Source: Octopus vulgaris
Lineage: Eukaryota
Assembly: GCA_951406725.2 (NCBI GenBank)
Contig: OX597817.1
Coordinates: 18,786,001 to 18,850,000, forward strand
DNA length: 64,000 nt
Direction: 5' to 3'
Shown: piece by piece, positions 1 through 13,118 of the stretch
Numbering within the stretch: position 1 is the first letter of the stretch
How the letters are laid out: every line of letters begins with the position of its first letter
Notes under the pieces: generated by a model
What the model saw: only the letters and a program-made list of their open reading frames with translations
Told to the model about the DNA's origin: nothing
The model's database searches: none
Program-made: the position numbers and the translations under genes

Positions 1-69
1 TCGGAGAGTCTATGCATTACATATAGTTCTTGTGACGAAGTTGTGTCACGTAAGGAGGTAGTGCCTTAA

Positions 70-752
70 AATTTCCAATTGTTAAAAGCAAATTCACTGC
101 AGTCGTGCTGTGAGGAAAATATACTCTCTTATGGTAAAAAGGTGTAAAAACATCATATATCTCCAGTGCTGACGTCTGTCGGATTCGCAGACAGCGATAC
201 TTCTAGCTTCTTAAATGTTATCACTGGGAAATACTAAGGAGAAGCAACTCTGGACAGATCTAATCAAGCCGTAGGTTTTCAATAAAATCAACAGGAATGA
301 TTGATTTATGTCAGTAGGCCGCCAAAGTTGTGAAATTCACCGTAATGTCAGTGCCAAGTACTGTTTCGGCATAGGCGAATTTTGGGTTAGTTAAAATATA
401 TTTCTAACATATTTCAACTGCTAACGACAAATTCACTGCAGTTAGTGTGGAGGAAACATTCGCAAACACTTCTTTCTGCTATTATCGTAATTTTCACTAC
501 AATAGCAGCCTACTTGTGCAAATCAGTCAATGTAGCAGCCTGTATTTTATTTGAAGCCACGGTTTCATTAAGTCTGTCCAGAATTGTCTTTCTTAGGTAT
601 TTCCCATTGATAACATCTAAAGAGGTAGAAACACTGATGTCTGAGAATCTGGCAAAGGGCAACACTGTTTTTACACCTCTTTTTGCTCATACGAGAGAGT
701 TTTTCTCCACAGTTACTACAGCGAATTTGACTTTAGCAGTTGCAAATATATC
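70..752. repeat. Diverged inverted repeat (~280-bp arms) plus a partial third copy
   Basis: 70-350 aligns by eye to the reverse complement of ~475-752. Shared blocks include aggtgtaaaaaca, atgttatca-tgggaaatac, tctggacaga and aataaaat. 408-456 repeats the start of the unit (caactgctaacgacaaattcactgcagt). Confidence 0.65.
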
Positions 753-760
753 TTAACTAA

Positions 761-773
761 TCTCTCTCTCTCC

Positions 774-852
<79 letters not shown>
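761..852. repeat. (TC)n(TA)n microsatellite
   Basis: Direct reading of the sequence. Confidence 0.95.
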
Positions 853-854
<2 letters not shown>

Positions 855-858
<4 letters not shown>

Positions 859-1060
859 AATCCAAAGATGAAAGCACAAAAAAACACAACAACACGAGGA
901 CGTGGAACAAATATAGCATTATTGGACGCCCAGGAAAGAAGGAAAGAAGAAGGGTTTAAGGTTTCGAGCGGAGCTCTTCGTCGGAAACATGTGAGAAGGA
1001 AAGATCCAGAGAAGGGAAGACAGAGGAAAAAAATCGCCAACGGTTCACAAGCGGTCACAT
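855..1060 (-). mobile_element. Short non-autonomous repeat, family A (Penelope-like/retrozyme-like), with hammerhead-like motif at 954-988
   Basis: Minus strand reads GUUU-CCGACGA-A-GAGC-UCC-GCUC-GAAAC-CUU-AAAC. Homologous to 46268-46457 and flanked by (TA)n on both sides. Confidence 0.7.
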
Positions 1061-1085
1061 TTATATATGTATATATATATATATA

Positions 1086-1330
1086 TGGTCGTTGTTTACT
1101 CTTTATGCAGAGTCCGACCACTACTTGTATTACACCTTAGATTCATCATGGCATCTAATGTAGCTTTTTAAACCAGACAATGTATTGAAGAGACAACCAC
1201 ATAGATTTCATATCTGATTTGGACCGCCAATAGCTGCAGTTAGGCTCTGATCTTTTTGTATCTTAAATTGTCTTTTGAGGTCTCCGTTAGATTTGCAAAC
1301 CTTATGGCGTACACTGCATGCAAAGTATTC
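1086..1330 (-). mobile_element. RTE-type LINE 3' end fragment
   Basis: Minus-strand remnants KVCKSNGDLKRQFKI and SGLKSYIRCH resemble the C-terminal zinc-finger tail also seen at 52805-53040. Ends against (TA)n. Confidence 0.45.
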
Positions 1331-1686
1331 ACATAGGTAGAATAATTGGTGGAGGCTGGTATTTTATGAGTCTGAAAGTGAGATTTGAGCCCAGCAAAAG
1401 AAAGGCATAAACATGCTGATATAGCTTACCATGTATATTATGTTTGCGTTCGTGTGCGAACGTATATAACCTTAATTTCATTGCAAATATATATAAACCC
1501 TGACTGTGATGAATTCGAAATCGAAAGAAAATATGAAAAATCTTGGAAGTGCTATCATTTAGGAATACACAAACACATACACACACGCATACACAGAGAC
1601 ACATACACACACGCATACACAGAGACACAAACACAGACACACACACACACACATACATACATACATACATATATACATACATACGT

Positions 1687-1735
<49 letters not shown>

Positions 1736-2349
1736 AACACACTGTATTGGGGTGACCGTCTGTGTGTGCGGCCTGCGAGTATGTTAAACTGTCTATTAAG
1801 GAAGCGTAAATAATGTCTGTACCACCATTATTGCTTTTTATACTATCTATGTTTTCGAGTAATCTATTGTATAGCAAACGTCTATTGTTTCATTAGAGTG
1901 TTTTAAATGATATAGCATTGAAAAAAAACAACACTTTTACCGTACTAGATGTAGCTTATTTTGAGACGTTGGCACAAAATTACATACATTTATCTATATC
2001 TATACACACGCAGGTAAATATATATTTATATGTCTATATGCAGAAAAGGACATACGCAAACGCAGTCATGCGCGCACAGGTACTGAAACACATACACCCA
2101 CAAACGTGCGCACGTGCCAGCACGCAGAGTAGGAGTGTACATATATTTAACCAGTATATATTTGTGAAATAAATTTCGTTCTGTGAAAACTACTATGGTT
2201 TTCGTTTAAATAAATAAATGAATATAGCGATTATATTTATCAGTTAGGTTTTGTTGCGTAGAGATATATGTTGATATCCAAACTTTAATTCTACATATTA
2301 TTTAGCATGTATAATTGGCATAGCGTGTGCAATCTATGTACGCAACTAT

Positions 2350-2362
2350 GTGTATATGTATT

Positions 2363-2418
<56 letters not shown>

Positions 2419-2568
2419 AAACTTAGATAAAACTTAGATATATATGTGTGTTTGTTTGTGTGTGTGTGTGTGACTATGCTTATATGTATATATATATGTA
2501 TGTATACATATATATACATATATATATATATACATACATATATATATGCATACGTACATATATATTAT

Positions 2569-2615
<47 letters not shown>

Positions 2616-2616
2616 C

Positions 2617-2687
<71 letters not shown>

Positions 2688-2700
2688 CATATATAAATAT
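2350..2700. repeat. (TA)n/(TG)n compound microsatellite
   Basis: Direct reading; this is the source of the spurious YIYI ORFs. Confidence 0.95.
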
Positions 2701-3639
2701 AAACACAATCGCACACATTCTTTTCTCGTTGAAAATTTAGTTGCGAAACCGATTTTGTTGGTTTCCTTTATAATTATTTTAATTTCTCAAATGCAAACAA
2801 GAAATTTAAATATAATACATAGGACAGTGTTACACCGAAGAAATTTGAATTATAATCAACTTTCCCCACCATTTAAAAATACTTTGCCATAAATTTTATA
2901 ATTTAATAATTTTAAGATTTCTCACGTTCCGTAATTGTACTGTGAAAAGTAAGAACAATATAAAAATAAAAATATAAAAAAAACTATATGATTTATTCAT
3001 ATTTAAAACCATCTTCGAGTGTCATCAACATCTTATATTTAATTGGATGATATGAGGAGGTCATGTTTAACACTAGAGATTAATACACATTGTTAAATGC
3101 ATTACAAGTACATACAGCAAGTTGTTATGTCGTGTTTAATTATACTTCGTAGTCTCTTTGATTAGAAATGAAAAAAATAAAAAATTAAAAGAATTATGCA
3201 AGCTCCCACTTTACTTCTAAATTTTTTTTTTTATATAGCAAGTATCGCTGAGTATTTACACTCTTCATCATTTTAAGATATTTCAACTCTAGTCATTGCA
3301 AGATCTTCCAGTTATGGTTAATTTATGGGTCGTCGTGGAGTTTCGGGATAGTCAATGGACTCTAAAGAAGCATTCTGTATTTAATTAATAGATTATAAAA
3401 ATTCGGTGTTTACTCCCTTACATCTTTATCATAATTAGTGGTTAAACAATGATTTGTCCTCACCATTATCTATGTAATTCATTATTTCATTGGGATTTCT
3501 TAGTATAATACATGGAACATATTACTGTATCTCAAAACTCCATGCTTTAGGAAAGACTGAAATAAGAGGCTTGACATTAATGCTTTTCGAAAGGCATACG
3601 CTTCGTTAAGCCTTGTAATATTTTGATATCTTAATGACT

Positions 3640-4215
3640 TTATTCGCAAGTTAAAACAAAATCAGCCCAGCATTGATAGTAGAGGCCATCGTAAAATTCC
3701 GTCTGAAACCAGCTTTCTGCATGTTCTTTGATCCCACGCTGATACCAGTTCTCGTTCTTCGAGGCGAAGAAATCCATCAATAAAGAGTTCACCTCGTCTA
3801 GGTTGATGGAGCAACGCGAGCATAGGAAGTAAATCATGGATCATAAGAAGTAATAATCCGAGGGAGCTAGGTCCAGATTATAAGCTGTTTGTGACATTTA
3901 TTCAATTCTAGTCAAGTTCCTGGCGTTATTCCGGGTCGTTCGAGGGGTATAGGATCGTGCGTTGTCTTACTGCAGAAGATCTTGCTTTCTGTTAACCAAT
4001 GCCGCACATTGACATACATTCATTCGTTCCAGCTGAGTGGAGTACAGGTCGGCATCGTTGATTCGACTGTCCGGAACGACCTCGTAATGAATTATCCCCT
4101 CATAATAATTTCATCAGACGTAGAGCATCACTTTGTGTTCGAAACGCTCATATTTGGCAATAGGTTCCGGAAGCTGACCCTTGCTTGACCACTGCTTAAG
4201 CACGTTATGATTGAA
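3640..4215 (-). pseudogene. Mariner (Tc1/mariner) transposase pseudogene fragment
   Basis: Minus-strand motifs with stops and frameshifts: KVMLYV**..EGIIHYEV (KVMLCVWW-like), LLQ*DNARSY (HDNARPH), AYNLDLAPSDYYF (YSPDLAPSDY), FFASKNENWYQRGIKE. Confidence 0.85.
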
Positions 4216-4221
4216 TAAAAA

Positions 4222-4447
4222 ATACCTATTTCTTTATTACCCACAAGGGGCTAAACACAGAGGGGACAAACAAGGACAGACATGGGTATTAAGTCGATTA
4301 CATCGACCCCAGTGCGTAACTGGTACTTAATTTATCGACCCCAAAAGGATGAAAGGCAAAGTCGACCTCGGCGGAATTTGAACTCAATACGTAACGCAGT
4401 CGAAATACCGCTAAGCATTTCGCCCGGCGTGCTAACGATTCTGCCAA
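4222..4447 (-). mobile_element. SINE, family S1 (truncated)
   Basis: Reverse complement matches 34014-34260 (tttgcctttcatcctt..ggggtcgataaattaagtaccagttacgcactggggtcgat). Confidence 0.85.
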
Positions 4448-6375
4448 TACCACCATCGTATTATTACTTGCTCCGATCTATGGCTCCCTTCCTGCTCTCG
4501 TGGCATTCCCTCAAATAAGATGTGGAGGCTCCAGTGTAGGAGTTCTTCGCTTCGAAGGATAGGAACTAGTATTAGCGAGAAATCAAAGAACTGGCAGAAA
4601 GGTGACTCCAGACGGTGCAACACGATGGTCTCTTCTTTAAATGTTAGGGCTCTTTTGTTGTAGTTTGACGAATAAAGGAAATAAGTTACAAGAACATTGC
4701 ACAACTTTTACCTCAACAAAATATTTGATTTGCATGCGATTGCTAATGTAGGTCATCCCTGTAAATGCCTCACGTAAGAAGATGCGTATTATATTTTTAT
4801 GTTTTACATTTGCAAGAATAATTATTCATCTGTTTCATTCATAATGATATTCCACCACAATTTAGTGTGTCTCTTTGACTTGTTTTAATAATTTTCTTCA
4901 TTTTATTATTTCGCTTTTCAGTTTCACTTTCTTTTGCTGCGTTATTTATTCGTCTTTATGAATGCATTTATTCTACATGTTTTAATATAACACATCAGTT
5001 GCGGTATGTAGAAATGCCTATCCCACCCATGCAAACGCACCATGGAAATATGATTCCATGTGTATGTATGCGTACTAAATTGAATGTAAGCATAATTTTC
5101 TGTGGAAGTGTGCATACGAAGTTTAATAAATAGCATTATAAATTGAAATATAGTTTCGTCAATAATTCATACTTTTTCTTTAGTTGTCGGAATGGTAGAA
5201 ACAGAAACCAAGTAGCTAAGAATGAGAATGATAAAGGTTGTTTTTTTTTATACTATAATTCAGTTTATAGTGAAAGTTTAACTATGTTTCTTGCATTTTT
5301 CTTTATATTTTTCCTTTTCCGTTTTGGATAGCAATGTTGGCAAAGTAAGTCGCTTAAACGACAAACTTGTCCGAATACATAAAAATTTAATAAATGTTGA
5401 TAGACACATAATGTGGATTTTCCTTCGCTTGCTATGACTGGCAGAAAATCCATGGAACCTTTTAAAATCTCTGCTTTTCAGAATGTTAATCTAAATGCAC
5501 ATATTGACAATTAATACTTTAATCTTCTTTGATTTCTTTAAAAGATCAACTAAATAAAAAGACGTTAAAAGAAGTCTGAGTCACATTGAAAGTATACACT
5601 TATCGAGTAATAATAATGTAATAACAACAACAACTACAATAACATCAATAACAATAATTCATCGTTTTAGACGGATCAGCGTCTATTTTAATAAATTCCA
5701 ACCATTCTTATAGCTAAGTCCGAATAATATATATCTGAAGTTACAGACAAGCTTAGTTTTATTTATAGAACCTACATTTTACTTTCATTTCAAATATAAG
5801 AATTATAAATGTATATATCTTCGACGAATGTTAAGTCTTCGGATTTTAGACAAACGTACATAGGGACAAAAACGGTACTAATAATAACTTACAATATTTG
5901 TGTCATGAGTGTTTTCAGTGAGATTTAGAATTCGTGTTCTGAAGCATTTAATGTGTTGCGACGCATTGCTTTGTGGAATAAGTCATTTAACTAGAATGAA
6001 TTTTTCAAGCGTAAATTACCGTTAAGTAACACTCTCTCAATGAAAGAAATTCAGTCTTAATATATATCTCCTCAAGGAAGCATTCTGTATTGTGTAAGGT
6101 TTAACAAATGTATATAGCGAGTAGAACGTCTTCAATTAACTAAGATTAATCATGCAATTCATACACACAAACTCACTATAAGCCTCATTGAGGTTTAAAG
6201 TTGTGAGGTAAGAGATATATAACCTGTAATATTAAGTGATTTTTAAAAAATATATACAATTTACTATGGGAGTAGATCTCTTTGTTAAAGCCAATTGATA
6301 GAATCCAAGAGCAAGCTTCGGTTTTAAACTTCCTCAAGTATATTCCATGCAGCTGCCAAGAGTACAGAACACTCT

Positions 6376-6389
6376 ATCTATCTATCTAC

Positions 6390-6447
<58 letters not shown>

Positions 6448-6560
6448 GTCTGTCTGTCTGTCTGTGTGTCTGTCTGTCTGTCTGTCTATCTATATATCTA
6501 TCTGTCTTTCTGTCTGACTGTCTGCCTGTCCGTTTGTCTGTGTGTCCGTCTGTCTGTGTC
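6376..6560. repeat. (TCTA)n/(TCTG)n microsatellite
   Basis: Direct reading. Confidence 0.95.
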
Positions 6561-6845
6561 TATGTATTTATTTACCGATAGGTATGCATATGTATATGCA
6601 ATGAGCACAAATCGAACAGATGGGGAAGTTAGGTTATAAGAAATGTATTAATTAAACTCTTAAAAAGTGAGAAAAGTATCTGGGAGTTTTGGATGCTAGT
6701 CCATCATAACCAAATTTCAAAAAATCAAGAAAAGCTGGTGAGGAAAATAAGAAGGGAGGGAATTAGAAAAAATGCAGTTTAGGCTCTGACAAGATGCTGA
6801 TATTGTATATATCCGGTGCCCATGGCAGACGATTCTAATCTATTA

Positions 6846-8199
6846 CATAATGTAACACGTCTTGTTTATTTGTATTTTTTAATGTTTATATATGCAGTTT
6901 TTTGCCACCAAATTCAAAAATCACATTCGTTTTGATGTAACATCAATAGTTATTTATTTATTCCTAATTTCATATTTGCTCGTTATATTTGTAACTTTTC
7001 ACTACAGCACTTTGTTGGTTCAATCTATTCTAATATTGTAAGGATAATTACACAACATTTAGTACTTTTCCATATATTGAAAGGTATTTAGGAAGTATAA
7101 TATTAGTCAGAACAAAAGGAAACAATAAATCTCTGCACTGTAAATGCCTTGATAACTCTTTTCTTAAGATGAGAAGTGCTTTGACGATCGAGGTTTTCTG
7201 GAGTGTATACCTTCATCTCTTCTGACTAGAGACCATATATAATCTCCCATCATAGCAGTATCCTATCGTCCTTGGTATCTTCTTTCCATAGTTGAGATGT
7301 CCTGATGAAATCTCTCACCATGCTTCTCAATGACATCACCCAAGTTTTCGGGGAAACAATCTAGGTGAGAATGCAAAAAATGAACCTGTAAGGACATACG
7401 ACAACCCATTTTCTTGAAGTTCTCAATAAGCTTTGCTACCAGCTGTTTGTAATTAGGATCCTTGTGATTTCCTAGGAATCCACGAACTACAACACGAAAT
7501 GCACACCAAGCCTCTTTTTCAAAATTTGTCATCGCTCTTTCCAGTTTCTTCGACTTTAACATTACTTTTACTTGGGGCCCAACAAACATGCCACTCTTGA
7601 TCTTAGCCTCAGATATCTTTGGAAAAATAAGAGAAATTTCTTGAAAAGTTTCTCCTCTAAAATCTAAGGCCTTCACAAACTGTTTTACCAATTCGAGTAT
7701 GATATGAAGTGGGGGTAATATGATTTTGTTGGAATCTACTAGAGGCTGTTTGAGAACATTAAACATTCCTGGCTGCAGTTCTACTCGTTGGGGTGGGGCA
7801 ATGTACTCTCTCGTACTGATCATCATCAGCTCTGCTGTCCCATAAGCAAAGGAAAGATGAATACTTTGTGTATTTCCCTTGCAAGCCAAGCAAGAACGCA
7901 AGCATCTTGAAATCACCATAAACATCCCCCTTGAACTCAGTGTAATTTATTTTGTCGAGTAGCCATCATGAAAGTAGCAGAACTTAGTAATTGGTCTGAA
8001 AGAGAAATTTAGACATACATTTAGTAGCAGAACATTATAACAATACCGAATATATAACATTGAAAGTCGACATATATTTTTTTAACTGTTGATGATACAT
8101 AAAAAATAATTTCATTTTTGGAAATAGCAGAAAAATGGATGGATAAACAATAAAAAAATACAATAAACGAATTTTTTTTTGGAAAATTGTTACGTTGTG
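6846..8199 (-). mobile_element. Chapaev3-like (CMC superfamily) DNA transposon, internally deleted
   Basis: Imperfect TIRs (cataatgtaacac at 6846, ttgttacgttgtg ending 8199) and an identical TTA on both flanks (6843-6845, 8200-8202). Contains a transposase remnant. Confidence 0.7.
7150..7975 (-). pseudogene. Chapaev3-like transposase C-terminal half (frameshifted)
   Basis: ORF 7263-7925 has LPPLHIILELVKQFVKAL, FPKISEAKIKSGMFVGPQV, GFLGNHK, MSLQVHFLHSHLDCFPENLG and HGERFHQDISTMERRYQG. An upstream frame gives GDFKMLAFLLGLQGKYTKYSSFLCLWDSRA. Confidence 0.8.
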
Positions 8200-9329
8200 T
8201 TATCTATGTGTGTATCTTTATGCACCAAGCACCTATTTAACATATTATACATTATATGTTTTACACAGTTTCTTCTGGCTGATTTTCTTTCAGTTTTTTT
8301 CTTACGGCAATAAATGATGTTTAACTAACTAAATCTACAATCATTCTATTATTTACTCCACCTACCTATCGCATACATTTTGTGTTACTCGAACCATAAA
8401 AGTGAAAATAAACGAGACGTTTGATTAAAGGCTTGTTGTAATACGAAAATGTTATGGAAGTAAATTTATGCTGAATCCTGTAATAGCTAATATGACATAC
8501 ATCGTTTGCAACAAAGAGGTATAGTTTGTGAAATATTATGAGACTGATCAAAGTACACTTAACACAACTAGGTGTTGATACGTTTGTATCAAGGAAGGAA
8601 TTAGGACTCAATATTGTAGGCTAGGAAAAATTAGGCTTTTTGTATAGCCGTTCTGTCTATCTCTTGTGTTGAGGGATTTATTTTAAGCTCAATATTCCAA
8701 CATCCAACATCTATTATTAAAATCATTTTTAAAAAATGGTTATACATTTAAACTTAACAATTTCTACACCAGTAAATTATAGGTTCGTTAAAAATTTGTT
8801 TTTTATAAGAGAAATGTTTTTATTTAATCGGGTTAGTTTTGATTATGTTATGGACTTTTTAACCTAATTATATATGTATGCTTATCTTCATATTGCAGTG
8901 ATATAAATTGAACATAAATGCATGTATCATTAACTCTATCAATGAAGCAAATTTAATCTCCAAGCTACTTAAGGATTTGCTAAATTTAGAATTGCTAAAT
9001 ATAAAATATCTGAGAACACTTGGCAGCGGCAAAACCAAAGGTACATAAGTGAAGGAAACCATCAGTAAAGAATATTTTCTCGGGGTGAAGATGGTTCTAA
9101 AATTTAAATTAAAGTGGACTTGTTTTATTGAAAAAGAGCAGAGGGAGGAAATCGGCTAATAAGTCTCTAAGGTATAGTGGAACCACAGAACAAAATGTTG
9201 CGTTCCTATCTATTAAAAAAGAACACAAAAGTATACATTTCAGAGGCATCATAAATGAATAACTATTGGAAAACCTGGTACTTACGAACAAGGACCTGGA
9301 ATACCAACTAAAAGAAAAAAACACAAACA

Positions 9330-9681
9330 ATCAACCACATCCTCTTCATGGATCATTTGAAACTGTATGGCAAAGATGAGATACAAGTGAGTTCTTTGGT
9401 GAGTACGCTCCACCGGTTTAGTACCAATGTTAGAATGGAATTTGGACTCAAGATGTGCTGAATAATCTACCCAAATTCAGACAAATACATAACAAAAACA
9501 TCTGGACTTACAAACACATATAACATACAGAAAATTGCACTACTAGGCACTGCACACATCCTACGCAGAACACTTTCCATACAATAACCATCAGAGCATC
9601 ACAACAAATCACAGCACATACCTAAGGCACACAGAGCTGCGCTCGGTAGTGAAGTGAAAGCACACTATAAAAATAAAACTA

Positions 9682-9690
<9 letters not shown>
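9330..9690 (+). mobile_element. R4/Dong-clade LINE fragments (RT piece plus 3' end) ending in (AAT)n
   Basis: HILFMDHLKLYGKDEIQVSSLVSTLHRFSTNVRMEFGLKMC (RT motif region), then NIQKIALLGTAHILRRTLSIQ* (typical R4/Dong C-terminus), a 3'UTR and (AAT)n. Confidence 0.75.
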
Positions 9691-9737
<47 letters not shown>

Positions 9738-9739
<2 letters not shown>

Positions 9740-9855
9740 GTTGTGATGCATGTATCTTGTGTACGCTTATCAGACGAGTAGTGATAATGGGTATTCTGGG
9801 CTTCATATATTTTACCCCAGTGTCACATTGAAGTCATGCCCTCTGACTCAACCTT
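9738..9855 (+). mobile_element. 3' fragment of the (AAT)n-associated retroelement also present at 41042-41560
   Basis: ggttgtgatgcatg...ctgggcttc.tatattttaccccagtgtcac matches 41449-41535. Flanked by (AAT)n. Confidence 0.75.
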
Positions 9856-9880
9856 AATAATGATGATAATAATAATAATG

Positions 9881-9941
<61 letters not shown>

Positions 9942-10417
9942 TAAAATATTCGTAAAATGGAAAATAGTGTGGAACTATGTTAACTAAACTATATGCACCA
10001 ACTCTTCTTATACTCGTAGATAACTTTACTTGAAATGGATAAAATTTTGGTACAGAAGTAATACAATTATAATGAATAAACTAATAAAGCCACGGAGGAA
10101 ATAATGTTAATATAATTATATAGCTGCAGGTTTCAAAATATATTCTACTATCTGTTGATATTATTTGTAATCGCATTGAATCTATGCTATATCGCATTGC
10201 AATTCTTTCCTGCAGCTTGTTTTGCTATCTCTGCATGAAAATACCTTTAAGTGAAGATATTAAATTTCGAATAGATTAGTATTTATTTACATTTATCTAT
10301 CCACTACCTACATACTTACCTACATACCTACCTACCTACCTACCTACCTACCTACCTACCTAACTACCTACCTCTATATTTTATCCCTTCTGACTGCATA
10401 TCTATCTATTTATCTAT

Positions 10418-10480
<63 letters not shown>

Positions 10481-10484
<4 letters not shown>

Positions 10485-10757
10485 ATATAATAAATGCGAA
10501 AACTAATGTCTGTGTGTTAATGTGTCACACTTATACCTTCTGTCTCACTATTCAATAACACTCCTACTATTCCTCATGATGAGGTGAGAGTAATAGTAGA
10601 CATAGAGATGGTGCGCGAGTTGGCGAAGAGAGAGAGAGAGAGAGAGAGAAAGAAAGAGAAAGAAAATAGAGAGAGAAAAAGAGAGACAAAGAAAGTTAGG
10701 GAGTGTTGATGATGTTTTATTAAAAGTAGTAGTGTTGATGGTGGCATTGGGAGTAAT

Positions 10758-10809
<52 letters not shown>

Positions 10810-10930
10810 TGTGAGAAAAAGGGAGATGTACAACTTTGTTTAACCATGTCTTTTTGACTGAAATTCATGTCACCAAAATACTGAACACTATCATTTTTTC
10901 TTTTTCTTGCTTTCTTTAATATACACACAT
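10481..10930 (+). mobile_element. Probable non-autonomous Helitron 5' part
   Basis: Starts TCTAATATAATAAATGCG...aatgtgtcacactt, like the heads at 13271 and ~13555. No 3' end identified. Confidence 0.4.
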
Positions 10931-10992
10931 TAAACTAATACATCTGCTGGTTGTTTACACACCCGTCTTCGTCTTTTGTTTTCCTGTAATTC

Positions 10993-11033
<41 letters not shown>

Positions 11034-11037
<4 letters not shown>

Positions 11038-13118
11038 ACAATAAAGGAACGGCCATAATAGGCCATTCACCCACTAGAAATAACAGCCAAAGCTTCAACC
11101 GCAAATAAAAGTTAATTCAGTAAACCAGGAGAAAATTTAAAAAACATTTACCCTGTAATTTCTTATACGATATACCGTTCCATCTGCTGATTAATGGTAA
11201 ACTAACCTGATTAAATTAAATCAAGCCAATCTTCCACAGGCCCTCAGATTCTTCAGTAAGAAATAGCCCAAGACGGAACAGATATTTTCACGAGGCATTT
11301 CCGACGTTGCCAAGTTAATATCTGACCTAAAATTTTCAAATCGTCGCACTCGCGCCAAATTTATCGGCAGCAAATAAATATAAGCCGTCGATTCCATTAC
11401 GGAATTAACCAGAAAATTCATAATTAATCAATATAGGGTGGCAAAAAAATTTTGTAGAATTCTTTTGCCACCAGCGGCCTAGTAGGAAAAAATTAAAATA
11501 GTCATAGACCATTTTTAAGTTCAACATCAACAATAAAGGAACGGCCATAATAGGCCATTCACCCACTAGAAATAACAGCCAAAGCTTCAACCGCAAATAA
11601 AAGTTAATTCAGTAAACCAGGAGAAAATTTAAAAAACATTTACCCTGTAATTTCTTATACGATATACCGTTTCATCTGCTGATTATTGGTAAACTAACCT
11701 GATTAAATTAAATCAAGCCAATCTTCCACAGGATCTCAGATTCTTCAGTAAGAAATAGCCCAAGACGGAACAGATATTTTCACGAGGCATTTCCGACGTT
11801 GCCAAGTTAATATCTGACCTAAAATTTTCAAATCGTCGCACTCGCGCCAAATTTATCGGCAGCAAATAAATATAAGCCGTCGATTCCATTACGGAATTAA
11901 CCAGAAAATTCATAATTAATCAATATAGGGTGGCAAAAAAAATTTTGTAGAATTCTTTTGCCACCAGCGGCCTAGTAGGAAAAAATTAAAATAGTCATAG
12001 ACCATTTTTAAGTTCAACATCAACAATAAAGGAACGGCCATAATAGGCCATTCACCCACTAGAAATAACAGCCAAAGCTTCAACCGCAAATAAAAGTTAA
12101 TTCAGTAAACCAGGAGAAAATTTAAAAACATTTACCCTGTAATTTCTTATACGATATACCGTTTCATCTGCTGATTAATGGTAAACTAACCTGATTAAAT
12201 TAAATCAAGCCAATCTTGAGTGCGACGATTTGAAAATTTTAGGTCAGATATTAACTTGGCAACGTCGGAAATGCCTCGTGAAAATATCTGTTCCGTCTTG
12301 GGCTATTTCTTACTGAAGAATCTGAGGGCCTGTGGAAGATTGGCTTGATTTAATTTAATCAGGTTAGTTTACCATTAATCAGCAGATGAAACGGTATATC
12401 GTATAAGAAATTACAGGGTAAATGTTTTTTAAATTTTCTCCTGGTTTACTGAATTAACTTTTATTTGCGGTTGAAGCTTTGGCTGTTATTTCTAGTGGGT
12501 GAATGGCCTATTATGGCCGTTCCTTTATTGTTGATGTTGAACTTAAAAATGGTCTATGACTATTTTAATTTTTTCCTACTAGGCCGCTGGTGGCAAAAGA
12601 ATTCTACAAAATTTTTTTTGCCACCCTATATTGATTAATTATGAATTTTCTGGTTAATTCCGTAATGGAATCGACGGCTTATATTTATTTGCTGCCGATA
12701 AATTTGGCGCGAGTGCGACGATTTGAAAATTTTAGGTCAGATATTAACTTGGCAACGTCGGAAATGCCTCGTGAAAATATCTGTTCCGTCTTGGGCTATT
12801 TCTTACTGAAGAATCTGAGGGCCTGTGGAAGATTAGCTTGATTTAATTTAATCAGGTTAGTTTACCATTAATCAGCAGATGAAACGGTATATCGTATAAG
12901 AAATTACAGGGTAAATGTTTTTTAAATTTTCTCCTGGTTTACTGAATTAACTTTTATTTGCGGTTGAAGCTTTGGCTGTTATTTCTAGTGGGTGAATGGC
13001 CTATTATGGCCGTTCCTTTATTGTTGATGTTGAACTTAAAAATGGTCTATGACTATTTTAATTTTTTCCTACTAGGCCGCTGGTGGCAAAAGAATTCTAC
13101 AAAATTTTTTTTGCCACC

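Noticed and set aside
5818-5865. cgacgaa...UUCG hairpin...aaacgua resembling a hammerhead
   Set aside because: Core nucleotides are missing and the stems are poor. Could be chance.
11221-12841. 66-aa ORF (MNFLVNSVMES...) present three times
   Set aside because: It recurs only because the 492-bp unit is repeated. No recognisable domain and no evidence of coding constraint.
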